Positions 10,228-18,736 of a DNA stretch of 64,000 nucleotides are shown here, piece after piece. This DNA is from a virus. The position numbers were made by a program, and so were the translations under genes. Where the stretch lies: the IMG/VR virus record IMGVR_UViG_3300030107_002332. One strand, 5' to 3'. The notes beneath the pieces are model-generated. The model saw only the letters and a list, made by a program, of their open reading frames with translations. It was not told the origin of the DNA and ran no database searches. Every line of letters starts with the position of its first letter. The stretch's first letter is position 1.

Positions 10228-12633
10228 TTACTGACTATAAGGGTTACCGTATGCTGCTGTAGCATCTGCGACTTGTCGTGCAGATGCACTCAAGTCATTA
10301 TACATGGGAAATGTGCCTGAACAAGACCATGCTTTACAACCAGATCCCATAAGACTTGACATAGTATATGTAGTATTGTATGTCACACCAGTATCAGGAT
10401 CCGTAGTTGAACCTCCAGTTCCAGGAGCAGGGGCAGTACAACTAAAGTGAGTACATCCCGCAGTTACGGGAGTAGATGCTAATGTTACGTTAATTGTTGT
10501 TTTTCTTGTTGGATCTGGTCTATATTGACGGAGCATGTACTTTGTATACTCTGAAGCATGCGGAAGTTGACTTGTTGCACCTTGAACAGTCTCTACATAC
10601 ATCTCTTTACGCACATCATACTCAATCGCATTCTCTTGTGAGATATCATCTACGTCTTTTACACGCTGAGCTATATCTTCTTGCCTTGCAATTTCCCATT
10701 CATCCTTATATTTTCTATCAATATCAATGTCATTAAGGTACTGTAAGTCATATTGGACTTTAGTTTCCTCTTTATATTTGTCTGTAGCCGCTTTTGTGTA
10801 CTTTTGTTGCGGTAATTTACTAACTCTATTACGATTAGGGTCTTCTTTTACCCTAAATGTCTCATCTGGTATCGTATAATCTTGTCTTTCGGGTGTTAAA
10901 TCAATAGTATTTGATATATCTGTTCTATTTTCACCAGAAACACCAAAATCTGTGCCATATTCATCAATGGCATCCATTACTAATGTAGAATCTTCTTTAT
11001 GTACTGTATTTCCAGCCTCATTAAAGATTGTAATAGATTCTCTCTTCTCATCATTGATGACTGCGAACTGTGGAAGGTTCTCTGTACTGTATCCAGACCC
11101 TCCATCTTCCACTTTTATTGCCGTAAGTACACCATTTGTAAATTCTGCCTTAACTTTTGCTTGTCTTCCTGAGTCAATCAATGGTGGTGTAACAATTAAT
11201 TCTGGCTCTCTTCCTTGTATATTTTGAGCAAGCCACCCAGATCCTCCATCTACGATAGAAACGCCAGAAAGTACTCCATTTGTTAAATTTGGGGTGATTT
11301 TTGGTTGTTTTAGGGTCGAAAATATGTTTGGAGCGTTTTTATCTACGTCTGCGGTGCAATATTGGATACTTTTGTTCAAAAATTCGTATTTTCCGACTAA
11401 AATTGCCCTTTCTGCTATACCTTTACCCGCTTTTGCGGTAATTACGTGATTTCTTGAGCTAGTATACTGTGTATCCTTCGCAAAATCGCTACCATTTCCA
11501 TCTAAGTAAATTATATGATATGGGAAGTTATCTAAGTCAGTAGTGAACACTCTATTGATAGTATGACCGTTAATTGTGTCTCCTGCTCTTAAAACGTCAA
11601 AACCTGTCTGTCCTTCAGTTGCCTGATACGGACCAACACCAGTAATCTTCAATGTTACCTGTAAAGTAGTAGTCGTATTGTCATAATGAGTTACTAAGTA
11701 CTGTAAATTGAACGTATCATTGACAGCATAACCAGTTCCAGGATTCAAAACCTCTGTTGGTTCCCATTTTGTGCCTGTAAAGACAGTAGAACTACCAGAA
11801 TCGTCAAAAATAGGGTAAATATTGAATTTTATACGTAATCCAGTCTTATTATTACCTGTATCGTTGATTTCAAAGACCTGAAAGTCGTTAAATGACTCGT
11901 CTCCACTAACCCAAGGGTTTTGGGTCGATGAATAGATTATACCAGAGACTTCATCTTGATTCCAAGCGTCAGTATAAGTGGTTCCGTCGGCAGAGAGGCT
12001 GAAATCAGTGAGTCCATTAGGTATCGTGGTGGATAAAGAGTCGTATGAGAACGCTAATTTATTCTTATCACTCCCAAACCCGAATAATGTGGGGTGGGGG
12101 CAGTCTGAATCTCCAGTTAGGTCATCGTCTCCCTCTACGGTATAAGATAATGTGGTGCTCGCGGGGGTGCACGTAAATCCAGTACAAGGATGACACTCAG
12201 AAGATGATGTCATACTTCCATCATCACCAGTGGTTACCTCGTCTTCGATATAAAAACAAGGACTACCTATGATGCCCTGTTTGTCGCTTGTATCATATAA
12301 GTATGAAAACCATGTATCAGAGAACCCATAATCAAAGGATAACTCACCAGGATACCAATCATATGCTAATATACATTCACCATCCTCAGGATCTGCTCTC
12401 CATAGTTTTCCACAGTTAGACGCATTCTGTATCTGAGGAGATCCGCTTGAGTTACAAATCTGAGTGGAAGGGTACATTACTACGCTACCTTCCCTTCCAG
12501 GTATGTTGTAACTACCATTAGTTCGGATTACATTCAGAGGATACTCAGTAAATTCTATACTTACACCAGCACCTGTACCAGGCTGAAAGTAATAACATGA
12601 AGTAGTACCTCTATTACCAGGTTTACAACCCAT
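10228..12633 (-). CDS. Cys-rich virion structural protein (801 aa)
   Basis: Long ORF in the late block upstream of PAAR; GGSGW/GGSGY repeats like the wedge protein; Cys-rich termini. Confidence 0.75.
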   Translation of the reverse strand: MGCKPGNRGTTSCYYFQPGTGAGVSIEFTEYPLNVIRTNGSYNIPGREGSVVMYPSTQICNSSGSPQIQNASNCGKLWRADPEDGECILAYDWYPGELSFDYGFSDTWFSYLYDTSDKQGIIGSPCFYIEDEVTTGDDGSMTSSSECHPCTGFTCTPASTTLSYTVEGDDDLTGDSDCPHPTLFGFGSDKNKLAFSYDSLSTTIPNGLTDFSLSADGTTYTDAWNQDEVSGIIYSSTQNPWVSGDESFNDFQVFEINDTGNNKTGLRIKFNIYPIFDDSGSSTVFTGTKWEPTEVLNPGTGYAVNDTFNLQYLVTHYDNTTTTLQVTLKITGVGPYQATEGQTGFDVLRAGDTINGHTINRVFTTDLDNFPYHIIYLDGNGSDFAKDTQYTSSRNHVITAKAGKGIAERAILVGKYEFLNKSIQYCTADVDKNAPNIFSTLKQPKITPNLTNGVLSGVSIVDGGSGWLAQNIQGREPELIVTPPLIDSGRQAKVKAEFTNGVLTAIKVEDGGSGYSTENLPQFAVINDEKRESITIFNEAGNTVHKEDSTLVMDAIDEYGTDFGVSGENRTDISNTIDLTPERQDYTIPDETFRVKEDPNRNRVSKLPQQKYTKAATDKYKEETKVQYDLQYLNDIDIDRKYKDEWEIARQEDIAQRVKDVDDISQENAIEYDVRKEMYVETVQGATSQLPHASEYTKYMLRQYRPDPTRKTTINVTLASTPVTAGCTHFSCTAPAPGTGGSTTDPDTGVTYNTTYTMSSLMGSGCKAWSCSGTFPMYNDLSASARQVADATAAYGNPYSQ

Positions 12634-12937
12634 TTATCTTTTCCTCTAAAGCAGTAAGTCTTTTACCATGATCTGTAGAAGGTGCCTTATGTGCCATTGC
12701 TTCTAATTTCTCTATCCTACGATATATTTCATCGTAGTTCTGTTTAATATTTAGATACTCCTCATACCCTTTAGGCTTGTACAAAACCTTATCTGGGGTA
12801 GGTATTGCCTCAGTGTACTTTACTAACTCTGCAAGACGCTCTGAGAGACCTTTGATGCACTCATTGATAATCTCATGTGCTTCATTATTGTCTTCCCAAG
12901 GGTTATACTCAGTAATGTTCTGATTAGGATCACTCAT
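12623..12937 (-). CDS. Hypothetical protein (104 aa, coiled coil)
   Basis: ORF track; overlaps both neighbours. Confidence 0.7.
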   Translation of the reverse strand: MSDPNQNITEYNPWEDNNEAHEIINECIKGLSERLAELVKYTEAIPTPDKVLYKPKGYEEYLNIKQNYDEIYRRIEKLEAMAHKAPSTDHGKRLTALEEKINGL

Positions 12938-13094
12938 CTGTCTTTTTAAAGGTCAATGTATCATCATTTATTAGTTCATAATCTAATTCATCACCAACTC
13001 TCCAACCTAATTCTTCTATTAAGGTATCTGGTATAGTAATGACTGTTTCTCCGAATTCATTTTCCTCAAGAGAAACGGTAAATCTGTGTGACAT
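12930..13094 (-). CDS. Small AbrB/MazE-like protein (54 aa)
   Basis: Hand-translated MSHRFTVSLEENEFGETVITIPDTLIEELGWRVGDELDYELINDDTLTFKKTDE; ITIP..L.EELGW..GDEL is AbrB/SpoVT-like. Confidence 0.6.
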   Translation of the reverse strand: MSHRFTVSLEENEFGETVITIPDTLIEELGWRVGDELDYELINDDTLTFKKTDE

Positions 13095-13097
13095 ATC

Positions 13098-13313
13098 TCA
13101 TAGGCGATTAACTTGACTGTTTCGCTTGGGATGCGTGTTACACCAGTTCTCCCATGCTTTTACAACGTCTTTAACATCATTTATAATACCAGCACTTACA
13201 CAATAGTCAGCACACTCGTACATACGAGGATCTAAGTACCCTTCGCTCCTGAGCAATTGCTCTAAGATCCATGTGCGATTGTCTTGTCTGTCTTGGCGAA
13301 ACTCTGGTGGCAT
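13098..13313 (-). CDS. Hypothetical protein (71 aa)
   Basis: ORF track; first gene of the late block after a 240-bp intergenic region. Confidence 0.7.
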   Translation of the reverse strand: MPPEFRQDRQDNRTWILEQLLRSEGYLDPRMYECADYCVSAGIINDVKDVVKAWENWCNTHPKRNSQVNRL

Positions 13314-13515
13314 TTTTTACCTCGGAAAAATTTTTAAAATAATTTATATATCAATAGCGTTTGGGAACCTTTGTAGGTTAGGGTCTCTATCTTTTTTAAT
13401 ATAAGGGGCGGGATAGGGCCGGATCAACGGGCGAGATCCCTTGGTATAACTGTCATCTCGACTGTTTTCTTTATACTTAGTGAGTTAATTAACTGTCTTG
13501 TGTGTTACATAGGCA

Positions 13516-13547
13516 ATAAAAAAGGGAGTGCTTGTTAACACTCCCAT
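13516..13547 (-). terminator. Rho-independent terminator closing the early block
   Basis: Minus strand GGGAGTG-ttaacaag-CACTCCC followed by a T-tract, just after the 13555 stop. Confidence 0.8.
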
Positions 13548-13554
13548 TCTAACA

Positions 13555-13785
13555 TTATGCTGCTAAATTGTCAAGAACTGTCTGGGAGACTTCAGAGACA
13601 TTGTTAACACCTTGCAACCACTTATTAATGTGCCTAGATGTTGTTTTGCTCCAAAATCTTTCAGTTCTAACATAACCTTTGCTTGGCAAATATGCTGCAA
13701 CTGGTGTTCTATAACTGAAGAAGATTTGTGTTCCGTCGTTGATAGAAACCTCTGTCTGATTTGCTGCAATGGGTGTTAGTTTCAT
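13555..13785 (-). CDS. Hypothetical early protein (76 aa)
   Basis: ORF track; FFSYRTPVAAY...WSKTTSRHINKWL; own promoter directly upstream. Confidence 0.75.
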   Translation of the reverse strand: MKLTPIAANQTEVSINDGTQIFFSYRTPVAAYLPSKGYVRTERFWSKTTSRHINKWLQGVNNVSEVSQTVLDNLAA

Positions 13786-13817
13786 AAGGATTAATCCCCT
13801 GATTGATTTATATTAAT

Positions 13818-13876
13818 ATAATACATGATTTCCATGTACTTATCAACAACCCTTGTGCCACTTTGTTGACTGTCAC
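13818..13876 (-). promoter_or_regulatory. Early sigma70-like promoter with upstream 22-bp box
   Basis: Minus strand TTGATA-17 nt-TATTAT; box at 13855-13876 (plus strand GTGCCAC-N8-CTGTCAC). Confidence 0.75.
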
Positions 13877-13911
13877 ACCTTATGTGTTACTTAGTGGCAT
13901 TACAGTTTGTG

Positions 13912-14112
13912 TTACTTACCCTGTGCATTTGTGTCCTTAATTGTTAGATACCATCCAATCGATTTGATATAATCAAAGCAAGAATGTTTAGGCAATTGTT
14001 TATACCTATCTCCCCTACGGTTTCTAACACCGTCCATGTACAATTCTAAGTCAGTAACTGAATAGAATGTCCCATGTAATTTGCCGTCTTCGTCTTCAAT
14101 TAGATACTGCAT
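13912..14112 (-). CDS. Hypothetical early protein (66 aa)
   Basis: ORF track; downstream of a consensus promoter. Confidence 0.65.
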   Translation of the reverse strand: MQYLIEDEDGKLHGTFYSVTDLELYMDGVRNRRGDRYKQLPKHSCFDYIKSIGWYLTIKDTNAQGK

Positions 14113-14146
14113 CTTTCTTAGGGTTTGTGTTAACCTCTACAGGGTT

Positions 14147-14176
14147 ATTATACCATAATTTGTTATAATCTGTCAA
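14147..14176 (-). promoter_or_regulatory. Consensus sigma70 promoter
   Basis: Minus strand TTGACA-18 nt-TATAAT with TG upstream of the -10. Confidence 0.75.
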
Positions 14177-14289
14177 GAATGTGTGAGTTCTTCGATATTA
14201 CTTGACAGTCGGTAATCTGCATGCTAAGACTACATTTTCCACAGAGATTTCCACAGGTATTGTTAACACATATAGGTTTAAATTAACAT

Positions 14290-14475
14290 TTAATTGTTTT
14301 CAACATTTTCTGCGGAGTTTTCCCCAAGGGTGTTAATAACTCTCCAATATTTGTGTTTTCTAATATACTCCCATTGCATAATGATTAACTCCTTAAGTGT
14401 TATAAACACATAGTTAATCTGTTCTCCGTAGGTAACACTTTGTTTGTTGTTATTTGTCTCTGTCATGGTAAACAA
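14290..14475 (-). CDS. Hypothetical protein (about 58-61 aa)
   Basis: ORF track; start uncertain (ATG at 14466 possible). Confidence 0.5.
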   Translation of the reverse strand: MFTMTETNNNKQSVTYGEQINYVFITLKELIIMQWEYIRKHKYWRVINTLGENSAENVENN

Positions 14476-14650
14476 TGTCCTTCCAATATGTTCTGTAAAT
14501 TAATAAATTAGTCTCCTTATATCCATGCATACTGTTACTATCTGGTCTACGATTTAAACTCATAGTTATATACTTATCACCTATAAAGTTAACATGTCCA
14601 GTATCATTTTGATAGGTAATCTTCTCTCCTTTAATAAACTTTTCATTCAT
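14450..14650 (-). CDS. Hypothetical early protein (66 aa)
   Basis: ORF track. Confidence 0.65.
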   Translation of the reverse strand: MNEKFIKGEKITYQNDTGHVNFIGDKYITMSLNRRPDSNSMHGYKETNLLIYRTYWKDIVYHDRDK

Positions 14651-14675
14651 GTAATTAGGGGGGAGTTAATAACAT

Positions 14676-14825
14676 TTATATCTCAATAGTTGGAGTTGAT
14701 TTGTGATACCTAAATGAATAACATGGTAGGTATTCTTCACAATCAAGGTCGTATAATTGTACGTCCTTTGTTAACTCTTCCTCTGGCAAGTTTTGTAACT
14801 CTGATAGTAAATCAAGGTAGGTCAT
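14676..14825 (-). CDS. Hypothetical early protein (49 aa, MTYLDLLSELQ...)
   Basis: Part of track ORF 14676..14909; internal ATG preferred. Resembles 18356..18583 (L..L..EEL..EV.I.D...E.YP). Confidence 0.55.
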   Translation of the reverse strand: MTYLDLLSELQNLPEEELTKDVQLYDLDCEEYLPCYSFRYHKSTPTIEI

Positions 14826-14910
14826 TTTGGTTCGGTTGTTGTTAATTTCGGATGATAAACTGTCCCATGCATGTGTATACAAACTAATGGGAATTAACAG
14901 GGGGTGCATG

Positions 14911-15063
14911 TTAAGAACTGTCTGTAATTTGATTTAGATAATCATTTAGTTTGAGATATGTGACCTTAAAAGTATCACTATCTGTGAGTTCACGTTGTTG
15001 TAACAAATAGATTAAATCTTCTGTTTGAGTAACATTTAAGTCAAGATGTGGACGTAGTTTCAT
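14911..15063 (-). CDS. Hypothetical early protein (50 aa)
   Basis: Hand-translated MKLRPHLDLNVTQTEDLIYLLQQRELTDSDTFKVTYLKLNDYLNQITDSS; fills a gap. Confidence 0.55.
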   Translation of the reverse strand: MKLRPHLDLNVTQTEDLIYLLQQRELTDSDTFKVTYLKLNDYLNQITDSS

Positions 15064-15065
15064 TG

Positions 15066-15260
15066 TTAGTCTTGCCAGTAAGTTTGCTCTACTAAAATGT
15101 TAGTTTCTAACTCAAATACCTCAGGTGAGATACCTTCTTCCCTTGCTAATGCTTCCAGGAAAATGTTAGTAACTGACTCTAATTCATCTTCAGTTAGATA
15201 ATCATAGATGTCAATCTTTCTATGATTCTGTTCAAATTCGTAGTCTGCTTTTAGTGACAT
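15066..15260 (-). CDS. Hypothetical acidic early protein (64 aa)
   Basis: ORF track. Confidence 0.65.
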   Translation of the reverse strand: MSLKADYEFEQNHRKIDIYDYLTEDELESVTNIFLEALAREEGISPEVFELETNILVEQTYWQD

Positions 15261-15418
15261 AGTGCCTCGAATCGTTTGTAAGTTTCTTTCTCTATTGATT
15301 CAGAATTCAATTCTGATTCTGATACATAGATGCCGTAATCTGCTAAGTTCTTGATACTTTCTGCTACGATTTCATCATAAATGTTTTCAAGAATCTCTTC
15401 GTTATGTATACATGACAT
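15251..15418 (-). CDS. Hypothetical early protein (55 aa)
   Basis: Hand-translated MSCIHNEEILENIYDEIVAESIKNLADYGIYVSESELNSESIEKETYKRFEALCH; GGAGG upstream. Confidence 0.65.
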   Translation of the reverse strand: MSCIHNEEILENIYDEIVAESIKNLADYGIYVSESELNSESIEKETYKRFEALCH

Positions 15419-15420
15419 AA

Positions 15421-15651
15421 TTAAATACCTCCTTTGAATGTTAATGAGTTTGAGTAATTGTTTTTATTGATTATACATGACTGGTGTATATTAAAGAGAG
15501 TTTCATAATTAACTCCCTCCCAATCTTGCCACTCTGATACATAATCAGCATTGTCAAAATCACCAGTTCCGTCTACATATTGTGGGCAACTTCTGAAGTC
15601 ATTGTTATCATCAACCCAGAATAATCGCCCGAATGATTCACTATGAAACAT
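15421..15651 (-). CDS. Hypothetical early protein (76 aa)
   Basis: ORF track; AGGAGG RBS upstream. Confidence 0.7.
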   Translation of the reverse strand: MFHSESFGRLFWVDDNNDFRSCPQYVDGTGDFDNADYVSEWQDWEGVNYETLFNIHQSCIINKNNYSNSLTFKGGI

Positions 15652-15653
15652 GA

Positions 15654-15893
15654 TTAATCCTCCTGATTTGTTTTATGCCAACCGTTGACAGTTTCTATGA
15701 AATAGTCAAGACGATTAACGTTTAATTCTTCATCATCAAATTCAATCTTAGCACATCCAGTAACACCCCACTCCTCTAATTCTTCTGTGAATTCTTTCCA
15801 ATTAGAGCAGCAACATGCCATATTCTGAAAGTTATCAACCTCTAAGATTCTGTTGATAATTGTTTCTGTTTTGTCTAAAATTGCAGTGGTCAT
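15654..15893 (-). CDS. Hypothetical early protein (79 aa, MTTAILDKTE...)
   Basis: Internal ATG of track ORF 15654..15971, preceded by GGAGG. Confidence 0.65.
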   Translation of the reverse strand: MTTAILDKTETIINRILEVDNFQNMACCCSNWKEFTEELEEWGVTGCAKIEFDDEELNVNRLDYFIETVNGWHKTNQED

Positions 15894-15918
15894 AGTTAGT
15901 TTCCTCCAAAGAATAGGG

Positions 15919-16074
15919 TTAATAGTTTTTAATCGTACGCCAAGGAGTATCATGGTGTTGTGATAACTCAACTGCTACGATTTCACCAGTTTTGTTGAAA
16001 TAATCGTTTGCAATTTCAACTGCTTTGTCATAACTTTTGACGAACTGATTAGGTGCGGTAAATACAATATACAT
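15919..16074 (-). CDS. Hypothetical early protein (51 aa)
   Basis: Hand-translated MYIVFTAPNQFVKSYDKAVEIANDYFNKTGEIVAVEL...; ATG overlaps the upstream stop. Confidence 0.55.
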   Translation of the reverse strand: MYIVFTAPNQFVKSYDKAVEIANDYFNKTGEIVAVELSQHHDTPWRTIKNY

Positions 16075-16328
16075 TATACACTTGCCTCCGCATTGTTTAC
16101 ATATTGTGCGGGAAGTGTACGATTCTCAGTAATAGTGTAGAGACCTGAATCGTTCTTGCTTATTATATCATTTCCAACTGCGTAATCGTTCATCAAAACT
16201 TTATACATTGTCTTACCATAGTTTGTTACAACTTTTAGGTTAAGATCGGGGATTAACTTGTTAGTTAACCAAGATTTTGTAGGGTAGTAATCAATAACCA
16301 TTGCCCCACAGTTAGATTGAATTCGCAT
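16074..16328 (-). CDS. Hypothetical early protein (84 aa)
   Basis: ORF track; first gene after a boxed promoter. Confidence 0.7.
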   Translation of the reverse strand: MRIQSNCGAMVIDYYPTKSWLTNKLIPDLNLKVVTNYGKTMYKVLMNDYAVGNDIISKNDSGLYTITENRTLPAQYVNNAEASV

Positions 16329-16355
16329 GAGTGAAAATCCTTTGTTTACTCTTAT

Positions 16356-16413
16356 ATAATAACCGATTTTGAGGCACTTTCAACATTTTGTGTGCCACTA
16401 ATCTAATTGGCAC
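16356..16413 (-). promoter_or_regulatory. Early promoter with upstream 22-bp box
   Basis: TTGAAA-16 nt-TATTAT; box at 16392-16413 (GTGCCAC-N8-TTGGCAC). Confidence 0.75.
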
Positions 16414-16573
16414 AGTATATCTCCCATTCTGATTTGTTTATACTTTGTCTGCAACATTGACACGTTAATGCACTCCAACTGAAGTGAAATACTCGTGCTT
16501 CGTTGTTACATAGTGGGCATACTATTTGTTTGCCGTTAACACCTGCTCTGGTGTATCTGTTGACATTAGTCAT
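16403..16573 (-). CDS. Small zinc-ribbon protein (56 aa)
   Basis: Hand-translated MTNVNRYTRAGVNGKQIVCPLCNNEARVFHFSWSALTCQCCRQSINKSEWEIYCAN; CxxC...CxxC. Confidence 0.7.
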   Translation of the reverse strand: MTNVNRYTRAGVNGKQIVCPLCNNEARVFHFSWSALTCQCCRQSINKSEWEIYCAN

Positions 16574-16766
16574 TAATTAACCTCCCTAATCTGGTGAATG
16601 ATTTGTTTAAACAAGGGACATATAATACTCCATCATCTTTTAACATAGTGAGTGTATTCATAAACCACTCGTTGTTAACTATGTGCTGTGCTATTGTTAA
16701 ATTAGTGAAGTAAGTTTGACTCCAATTTGAAAAGAATGGTGAGTCAGAATAGGTTAACTGTTTCAT
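16566..16766 (-). CDS. Hypothetical early protein (66 aa)
   Basis: ORF track. Confidence 0.65.
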   Translation of the reverse strand: MKQLTYSDSPFFSNWSQTYFTNLTIAQHIVNNEWFMNTLTMLKDDGVLYVPCLNKSFTRLGRLIND

Positions 16767-16933
16767 AAGTTATCCTGTGCAATATCCCACAGTTCGATAT
16801 AACTTTTCAACCATAATCTCTGGTCTTCAGTTATTCTTTGTGAATACAAAATGTCATCTGCTGATTGTAACTCAAGAGAGTGCAATTTGCAGTAGTCACA
16901 TAATACTTCTGTGAGTAAATCAAGTGTGTTCAT
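16763..16933 (-). CDS. Hypothetical early protein (56 aa)
   Basis: Hand-translated MNTLDLLTEVLCDYCKLHSLELQSADDILYSQ...; ATGA overlap with the downstream gene. Confidence 0.6.
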   Translation of the reverse strand: MNTLDLLTEVLCDYCKLHSLELQSADDILYSQRITEDQRLWLKSYIELWDIAQDNL

Positions 16934-17151
16934 TAATACTCCTCCTGAGCAATAAATGGGGTAATGTTATCAACTTCAACATTATATCCTACAACCTCAG
17001 CATTAACATGCTCACCTAATTCGTCATCATAATATGATAAATTAGAGTTCAAATATACCTGTATTTCTTCACATAAATGCACAGGATTTGGTGCATCATT
17101 GTCTTCACATACTATGCGAAATGTGTAGTTAATTGTTTTCATTTTGCACAC
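16933..17151 (-). CDS. Hypothetical early protein (about 69-72 aa)
   Basis: ORF track. Confidence 0.65.
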   Translation of the reverse strand: MCKMKTINYTFRIVCEDNDAPNPVHLCEEIQVYLNSNLSYYDDELGEHVNAEVVGYNVEVDNITPFIAQEEY

Positions 17152-17327
17152 CCATCTTCGTCAAGTTCTCTAACATCATTGATGTCCCATTCTGATACAT
17201 ACTCATCAATTATCTCGAAAGAGTTAATATTAGCATGTGCTAATTCTCTTGCTTCATCCTCATTTTGTGCATCAACTTCGATTGTGAAGTAGTTAATCTC
17301 TGCACATTCTATTAGAAATGATTTCAT
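17139..17327 (-). CDS. Hypothetical early protein (62 aa)
   Basis: ORF track; FTIEVDAQNEDEARELA motif. Confidence 0.65.
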   Translation of the reverse strand: MKSFLIECAEINYFTIEVDAQNEDEARELAHANINSFEIIDEYVSEWDINDVRELDEDGCAK

Positions 17328-17518
17328 TTTACCTCCGTAATTTGTGAAAGTTTGTTAATAATAGAGTAGGAATCTTCGTACTCTTCCTTATTGAATTCGT
17401 ACATTTGTTGCTCAATACAATATACAATAAGGTTGTATTCATTCTCAGTCAATGTTATTTTATCAGGGGTAATATCCTCTGTAATAATAACAGGCATTGA
17501 GGGATACTTACTGACCAT
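17324..17518 (-). CDS. Hypothetical early protein (about 54-64 aa)
   Basis: ORF track; start uncertain. Confidence 0.55.
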   Translation of the reverse strand: MVSKYPSMPVIITEDITPDKITLTENEYNLIVYCIEQQMYEFNKEEYEDSYSIINKLSQITEVK

Positions 17519-17660
17519 GATAACCTCTACCTTTAGTAAGATTTGTGCCTTTAGGTAATTTAATTACCACAGGTCTTTCATCACTAATTAAGAAGTAATA
17601 CTTGATAATTGGTGATGGATTACATAACAATTCGTATGTAGATTGAGAGAGTTGGTTCAT
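17508..17660 (-). CDS. Hypothetical early protein (50 aa, MNQLSQ...)
   Basis: Internal ATG of track ORF 17508..17729. Confidence 0.5.
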   Translation of the reverse strand: MNQLSQSTYELLCNPSPIIKYYFLISDERPVVIKLPKGTNLTKGRGYHGQ

Positions 17661-17712
17661 AATTAAGAAAGAAAAAATCGGGGCGAACATCCACATGGTA
17701 TGCATGCGGTTG

Positions 17713-18015
17713 TTACACTCCGAGGTCAATTAGCAAATCTTTTAGATAAGTTTCTGCACAATCTTCAGCATCATAGATGTTATCAAATGTGCCGAGATCG
17801 AGTTGGTCACCGATTATGCAACCACTTGCATCATTGTAAATCATGGATCTAACTTCAAAACGGTCTCCACCGTAGTGATAGATTGCAAGGTTTGGATCTA
17901 AATCATTTTCTCTACGATATACATCAAAGATTGAGGTACGGACTCCTTGAGTCCACTCGAAACCTAAGAAGTCATCACATAGATTAAGTGATTGTGAAAA
18001 GAGAGTTTTTGTCAT
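17713..18015 (-). CDS. Hypothetical early protein (100 aa)
   Basis: ORF track; follows a boxed promoter. Confidence 0.7.
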   Translation of the reverse strand: MTKTLFSQSLNLCDDFLGFEWTQGVRTSIFDVYRRENDLDPNLAIYHYGGDRFEVRSMIYNDASGCIIGDQLDLGTFDNIYDAEDCAETYLKDLLIDLGV

Positions 18016-18070
18016 AAGATTGAAATCGTTAAACTTGAATAAATCGGTGGTCTTTCCTGACCACTCTTAT

Positions 18071-18128
18071 ATAATACACGAAAATACCCCCAAATGGGGG
18101 TATAGTGTGCAACTTATCCAACTGTCTA
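18071..18128 (-). promoter_or_regulatory. Early promoter with 22-bp box and overlapping hairpin
   Basis: -10 TATTAT at 18071-18076; box at 18107-18128; hairpin TACCCCC/GGGGGTA between them. Confidence 0.7.
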
Positions 18129-18332
18129 CTCTTTTTCTTCTGCTGCTGAGTCCCATGCGTCTGACATGAGATCCCAGTCATAGTTCTCTGGTTCTGTGTC
18201 TGTTGTATCAAATTCAAGGAAATAATAGTCCAAATTAATACCATTTTTTGAGCATACTTCCATCACTTTCTTATATGCTTTTTTGGAAGTAAAGTCGATT
18301 GAGTGATACTCAGTTTCAACAGTAAATGCCAT
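18126..18332 (-). CDS. Hypothetical early protein (68 aa)
   Basis: ORF track. Confidence 0.65.
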   Translation of the reverse strand: MAFTVETEYHSIDFTSKKAYKKVMEVCSKNGINLDYYFLEFDTTDTEPENYDWDLMSDAWDSAAEEKE

Positions 18333-18355
18333 TTAGTTAATGCAATTTGGGTGAG

Positions 18356-18583
18356 TTAAGTGTTATCGTCATGGACTTTTATACCGATTGTTTGTTGTAT
18401 AAACATTGCATCTTTGTAGATCTCCATGTATACTAATGGGGGATAATTGGGATCTACGTCAGCACAATGAAATGATTTTACAGGATGATATCTGTTATTA
18501 ATATCATCAAATATGGTGACCTCTGAGTCTAACTCAGCATCACTTAATCCTTCAATGTGTTGACGTAATTCCCTGTAATTCAT
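18356..18583 (-). CDS. Hypothetical early protein (75 aa)
   Basis: ORF track. Confidence 0.65.
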   Translation of the reverse strand: MNYRELRQHIEGLSDAELDSEVTIFDDINNRYHPVKSFHCADVDPNYPPLVYMEIYKDAMFIQQTIGIKVHDDNT

Positions 18584-18606
18584 AGTGCTTAAGTAATACT
18601 TACTAT

Positions 18607-18708
18607 CTATGAATTAGCAATGTAGTCATCAATAACCGCAAGCAATTCTGCTGAGGTTTGTGCATCTTCAAGGAGTGCAAATAGAGCAACTTCGGGATTA
18701 AATGCCAT
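18607..18708 (-). CDS. Small acidic peptide (33 aa)
   Basis: Hand-translated MAFNPEVALFALLEDAQTSAELLAVIDDYIANS. Confidence 0.6.
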   Translation of the reverse strand: MAFNPEVALFALLEDAQTSAELLAVIDDYIANS

Positions 18709-18736
18709 GATTAGATGTTTAATTAAGAGGGACAAA

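Noticed and set aside
13563-13769. Alternate-frame ORFs 13563..13769 and 18029..18244
   Set aside because: They overlap better-supported ORFs in another frame; 18029..18244 also runs through a promoter-terminator module.
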